From Paraspadella gotoi (taxonomy: Eukaryota > Animalia > Chaetognatha), in NCBI GenBank assembly GCA_051294375.1, contig CM119266.1, forward strand, positions 19,479,657 through 19,543,656: DNA of 64,000 nt, in the 5' to 3' direction. The position numbers were made by a program, and so were the translations under genes. Position 1 is the stretch's first letter. Every line of letters begins with the position of its first letter. This document shows positions 54,930-64,000 of this stretch, one piece after another. The notes beneath the pieces are model-generated. The model was given only the letters and a program-made list of their open reading frames with translations. It did not search any database and was not told the origin of the DNA.

Positions 54930-56310
54930 ATGGCTAAAAACACCGGCGCGTTCAAGTTTCGGGGAGTTGACGTCGACCAGTACAACGAGGATAATTATCA
55001 GGTATCGTGACTACGGGCGGGGTCTGGGAAAAGCTACATAAGTGGAGGCGTCCGATTTGAAATGTGCTTAAAATGCCCGTAGAAGGTGGAATACATGTAG
55101 GTTTGTTGCTTCTAAAAAAATTTTGGTAAAGGATATCTTTTTTAGAAAAATTTTAAATAGGTTTCACGCTTAAAATACTGTATGGATTGACTTTATTTCA
55201 TATATATAGTATCCCTTATTGTTGCTCTATATGATGATAAAATATAATAAAAATATTTGGAATAATAAAGAAGCGAATTTCACAATTGATATTTAGGAAA
55301 AGATCTCATAACCTATCAAAAAAATCATGATCAAGGTTTTAATATAACTCCATGACGGAAAAAACATTTCTAAATATAGATAAAAAAACATTTACTTAAA
55401 AAAAACTTTTTTATAGTAAAAAGAGAAAAAATTGTCATTTTAAACCCTCATAAAAACTGACCTATCTTGTTTCAAAAGCGAAGAATCGGAAAGATTGGCT
55501 ATCGGCTGTAGGGGTGGTCACCTAATTCCATGTTAAATTTGTAATTCTCATTAAGAAAACATTTTAAATATCTCTCATTGTCCTAGCCCTTTTTCTTTCT
55601 CTTTTTCTCTTAATCCCTCACTTTCTGTCTCTCCCTCCTTTCTCCCCATTTCCGAAGTAAGACTATTTTTTTGGTTTGAAACGAAAACGAACAAAATTAG
55701 TTCTTATATCTTTGCCAAGAACAAAGTAGATAAAAATCATAGAGGTAGGAGGTACTTAAAATAACAAATACATTATTATGATTTTGATGTTTCTAACGAT
55801 TATGATCGTCTTATTCTCTATAACGGTTTCAGGAGGATTTTGGGGACGAAGGAGTGAACGGAGTCGCGGTTGAAGGCGTTGACGAGGCGCAGGTACAATC
55901 ACTTCTTTCCGCCGGAAAGAATGTAGAGGCGCTTCAATTGGTTCTTCGTCATCCACCAATCACTTCTAAGAATCAAGCAGTAAAAGACAAGGCCTTCACT
56001 CTAGTCAATAAAGTCATGATGTCTTTTAAAGGTATTAAATACTAATCTTGCTAATTAATTGAAAAAAAATAACAATTGCAGATCGTCTAACCGTAATTCT
56101 CCTGTTCAACTTCCAGTCGCTGAAATCGAAAAGGCCGTTAACGCTTTAGACAAGGAATCCGTCGACGTGTTGATGAAGTATATTTACCGCAGCTTCGAGA
56201 CGCCTCATGACAAAAACGGTGGTCTCCTGCTTACGTGGCACGAGAAAACATTCAATGCAGGTGGACTCGGCGCCATCGTAAGAACCATGACGGATCGAAA
56301 GCACGTTTAA
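54930..56310 (+). CDS. ARPC5: Arp2/3 complex subunit 5 (p16-Arc), 3 exons
   Basis: MAKNTGAFKFRGVDVDQYNEDNYQ; PPITSKNQAVKDKA; DVLMKYIYRSFETP...LLLTWHEKTFNAGGLGAIVRTMTDRKHV*. Confidence 0.95.
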
Positions 56311-56703
56311 CCGAATGTGTCTCCAAAAAATAGACTCGGTAGACAATGCCCTCAATTTCTCATTCCTCAAAAGAATTTAAATTTTTAGAATTATTTTCTT
56401 TTAAATTATTTCTTACTAACCTGGTGTTCAAGAAATAGATTATATGTCTTCTTTCTTTAAAATTAAAGCAATAAATGGTTATTGCGAAAGCTTTATTTTT
56501 TAATAATTTTTCAAAAGTGTTTTGATTATTTGTTTTCCTATTGTATTGGTGATTGTTTCCTATTCACCTGGTAAGATTTTGCATGGATTTACGTATTTTC
56601 TCTAAGTCATCTTGCTTTTTTACATTTTAACGTTCATGTTTTATATAAGCATTCCTAATATTTGGTTTGAAGGTTCTTTTTTTCCTGTTTTAAGAATTCA
56701 TAA

Positions 56704-57402
<699 letters not shown>

Positions 57403-57614
57403 GAGAGAAAGAGACTCCAATTTGCTTCCTTCCTTTTTTTTCCAGTTTTTTGTTTGATAAATTTTGTATTCTTAAACGTTATATTATTATAAGGAAACTT
57501 CATTTCAGAATTATTTCATTAAGTAAAAACTTTCGACCGATGAATCAATCTTTGTAAGATTATTGGTTGGGGAGACCAACTGGAAAACATTTGCTTTAGT
57601 TCCTCTTTGTAGCC

Positions 57615-60256
<2,642 letters not shown>

Positions 60257-63200
60257 AATCTGCTTAAACTGTGAAGTCTCATGGCGTCAACAACGTTTAA
60301 CTTCGACTCTATCTCAGTTGTATATTGCTGGATTATTTAAAGTTACTGACCAGAAATAATGAAAACCGGAGACTGTTGATTGTTTTATAATACAATATGT
60401 ATGTTTCTTTTGATCTTTGATGTTTCTCACTCGCCTATGATATGTAAATCACGCTTTTTTTTTTATCAAACCTCGGAATATGTTTTTGTTAAAATGATAT
60501 CCCCAAATGGGTAGATTGGCTTAATTCCCAGGTTTTTCATGGATTGTTTATCTTTTTAAATTATTCGAATCAATCGTTATACTTAAAGCGGTAAGTTCGC
60601 GTATGTAAGTTAACATGTCGATTGTCGAAATCCACTGCTAAAAACAAACATAATTAAAAGATCTTATTTTTTAAAAAATTTTGCCGTAAAGTCATTGGCA
60701 TTTAGTTTGTGTAAATTTTAAGTTGCTCGTGAATTTGCAAAGAGATCAAATCGAGGCATTATTTTATAAAGGGCCCCATTTCTTTTCTTAGTCCTTTAAC
60801 TTAACATATTCTTTTTTCCACAGGAAAAATAAAAAATTGCTATTATATATTGGTTGTACCAATTTCATAAGATTCTTATATATAGTACTTATATGGGTAA
60901 CATTATATTTTACTGGAGAACTAATTTTTATGTATTTTTCATTGTTGATACCGTTTAATAACGTTTTTAGACTTTTTTATCCTCAGGCTAAGAGTAAAGA
61001 AGAGAGCAGTTTCAAACTCCGCTTATTGAGGAGGCAAACCAAAACCGAGTGACATAAAATTTACTTAAATAAAATGTCCATATTATCATAATAAAATTTA
61101 AAGTACAAAATTTTAGATAGATTTTCAAATAGTTTTTTTTTTTTTTTTTTTTTTAGCGGGGTTTTCATATTGTAACACTGTGTAGGTGTAAACGGAGACT
61201 TGGCTTTTAAAATTAAAATTTTAAAAGATTCTTCTCCAATTTTTGGGCTATTTTCTAAGCGCCAACAATGAAAACAGTTATATACATGAATTAATATTTA
61301 TGAGAAATTACGACGAAAATTATTTCCTATTAAAATAATGCAGAACGATTCGATAAATTTTAAATATTCAAAACTTTGTTCCGTAATATCAGTCATGTTA
61401 AAATATCGATCAGCGATAATAGTAATTTTGAAAAAAATAACCTTATCAAATATCGTGAAGTTTATTTAAAAGAAAACTTTTCCTATCTCACCAAATTGTA
61501 TTTAACGTTGTGTTAAATATTATCATATTTGTTGAAACAAAAATTGTTTTGTCTATATTAGTAGAGTGACTCAAGCGTACTGTCACTTGACAAATGAACG
61601 CTGTGTCAAGTTGGTTAGGTCAATGATTAATTTGAAAGAACTACCGGAAAGATGAGTTCATGCAGTTTTTTTGGTATATCCATTATCATGTTTATTTGTA
61701 TTTTTATTGATACAATGTAAAGTTCAAATGAGGGGGGATTTTTGGTTTGGCAATTGATCAAAAAATTTATGTGATGTTAACCTTTTTAAGTTATCCTGCT
61801 TTTGGTGAAAAAAAATGTTCATGTAGCTGAAAAAAACTCCTTTGAGTAGTTAAAAAGATTTGAATTTTTGAAAATTGATAAAAATTTATTTCCGACATTT
61901 ACTGTGTTATAACATATGATATAATTTTTTAATTTTACAAATAAAAATATCAAATAAAACTGCAAGAACTTCTGGATCCAACGAGTACAGAAAATGCATT
62001 GTTTATAACTGTACTGATTCAGTGTATTCATTTGTAAAGTGACAATACGCTTGAGACACTTCTATAAAATCTATTGAAATATGTAGGTGCAAAATTTTAA
62101 TTTACAAATCACAAGAATATTAAGAAAATTAATAATAATAATTATTATTATTATTATAATAATTATTCTTTAATCTTTATACTCATAATTCTTATAGAGT
62201 AATTATGTTTTCAGGTAAATGTTTTCGACATTCTGTCTTACCTCACCTATTTACCAACCAGACCACTGATATTTGTCATTAAAGTTCGCTAGATAGTTAC
62301 TTAACACATTTCTATAACCTTATGATATGCAGAAGGCTTTATATTATACCTATTTCATAAAATTCTACGCAGTTTCTTCGAGCCCAGAATCGGCTGCGCA
62401 ATACAACCATATTACATTCATACAAAATCAAATTTTGCACATACGATCCTTATGGGAATACAAATAAAATAAGGGAGGCGAATTGCAATCTTTGACTCCT
62501 GAGCTGTGAGTTATGGGCCCGTCGGGGGGGGAGTCGACCATTAGGGCAAAGAAAAACCAAAATATTTTTAGCATTTTTTCGCGTTTTTTCTGAAAAAACT
62601 TATTTATTACTACCGATTTCTGGGCTAAAAAACACGGCGTACCATTTTATAATGTAAAGGCTTCTGTAATCCAACTTAAATAAAAAAAGGTTTAATCCAT
62701 TTTTGTTTTAATCGGTCAAATATTACAAAGAAACAATTGTTAAAAATGCAATATATTTTAAATAACAAACACGATATAAGAGTTAAACAATATCAGTTGA
62801 GCAGTTTTGCGTGACTATTTTAAGATATGAAGATTTTTGATGCAATTTCTCAACTAATAAGAAAATATAAATTGTAATTTTTAATCATTATCATCAGGTT
62901 GCGCGCTTTGTTTCTCGCTGTGAATTGGGTTCAGCCCTTATAGTTAACCAGAAACTGTCGAAATAAAGTTTTTCCGAGGCCATTTGCTTTGAGTCGGTTT
63001 CGAGCTTTTTCTTTTTTCAAAATATTCAAACATAATTTTTATTTATTGGGCTTAATATTTTCTATTTTATATATTTTTATAGATTTTTGTTAGTACTTAA
63101 TTAATAGAAAATATTTCAATAGTTGCCTCGGGCTAAGTCAAAGGTTGGGAGAATTGCTTGTGAATTTATTCTGCTGATGATTTATTGTTCTTATTCAAAA

Positions 63201-63490
63201 CAAAAAACTGTTTTGCCTTGAAAATTATAGCATTTCAGTTTTAAATACATACAACAGCCTGTTTCTTATTCATAATTTTTAACTTCTCCATTGTAGGACA
63301 GTTATATATAAAGACTTTATTAAAGAGATTGGGTTGCTAGATGCTATGAGAAAATCTTAATTTCTCTTTAATCGTAAGTCGCCTCACTTTCAATAAAAAG
63401 TGGCTTATTTGTTGTTATTTTTGAGCACAACCGAATTTGACTACAGATCGTTTTTCTATTTTTCTAAAACTTGTTGGGTCGCACGAAGTT

Positions 63491-63560
63491 AGGGGTCTGT
63501 TTCACGGTCAAATAAGGGGTCTGTTTCACGGTCAAATTAGGGGTCTGTTTCACGGTCAAG
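63491..63560. repeat. Three tandem copies of a 24-bp unit AGGGGTCTGTTTCACGGTCAAATW
   Basis: Direct reading. Confidence 0.85.
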
Positions 63561-64000
63561 AAATACACATTTTGATTTTCATAAAAAACGTTGTTTAGTC
63601 GAGGAGCTATCATATCGCTAACCAACCACGTTCGGTTATAGGTCTATTCCGTCATATGCTTGAGGTTTTTTGAAATTTATATCTCTTTGGACAAAACAGA
63701 AGAAAGGAACTGGTGCGCTCTGATTAAAACTAAGCCAGATCTGAAAAAAATTCAGATCGTTTAGTCAGTAAACAAGAACCGGGAAGTTCAAGATGTTGCG
63801 ACGCAGTGACAGTTCCCAGTTCCCGATGATCACGCGACTACACCTGTACGAAACATGCATAACAAGCATCCTATTTGCAAATCAATATTTAAAACTAAGT
63901 ATTACATTCACTTTTATCATTTTTGCATTTTCTTAGCGAAAAGATAATTTAGCTTAATATTTAGCATATTTTTATCATAATTTAGGACGCCATCTCGAAT

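Noticed and set aside
63491-63560. Mini-CRISPR
   Set aside because: No spacers between repeats, no cas genes, eukaryotic context.
60257-64000. Coding genes in the terminal region (ORFs 60837-61052 and 61819-62031)
   Set aside because: AT-rich, low-complexity translations with no recognisable homology or exon chain.

Overview
Eukaryotic (metazoan, invertebrate-like) compact-genome window. GC-richer exons sit among AT-rich GT-AG introns, so most single-exon ORF-track entries are exon fragments or shadows. I assembled about 20 spliced protein-coding genes by hand. Left part (1-21 kb), membrane and secreted proteins: the 3' half of a rhodopsin-type GPCR, a REEP/DP1 gene, a prepro-prokineticin/astakine-like gene whose Cys-rich domain the ORF track misses, an astacin-ShKT metalloprotease, a type II membrane serine-protease homolog that looks inactive, and an XK-family protein. 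Middle (21.4-27 kb, minus strand): three unrelated motile-cilium genes, DRC1-RIB43A-SPEF1, head-to-tail with 111 and 257 bp spacers and a candidate RFX X-box upstream. Right part (27.8-60.3 kb): eleven consecutive plus-strand housekeeping genes (INTS2, caspase, NAA50, kelch, PURA, FBXO30/40, LDAH, eIF1, ARPC5, RPL27A, PSMC5), mostly 88-400 bp apart, with unpaired pyrimidine-AG acceptors just before start codons. This is the architecture expected of SL-trans-spliced polycistronic operons, but that is an inference needing RNA evidence. Also present: a decayed DDE transposase in an intron, MITEs, a dispersed intronic repeat family, a CCCTAA-containing 17-bp minisatellite and (AG)n microsatellites. 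Exon boundaries were read by eye and no database searches were run.
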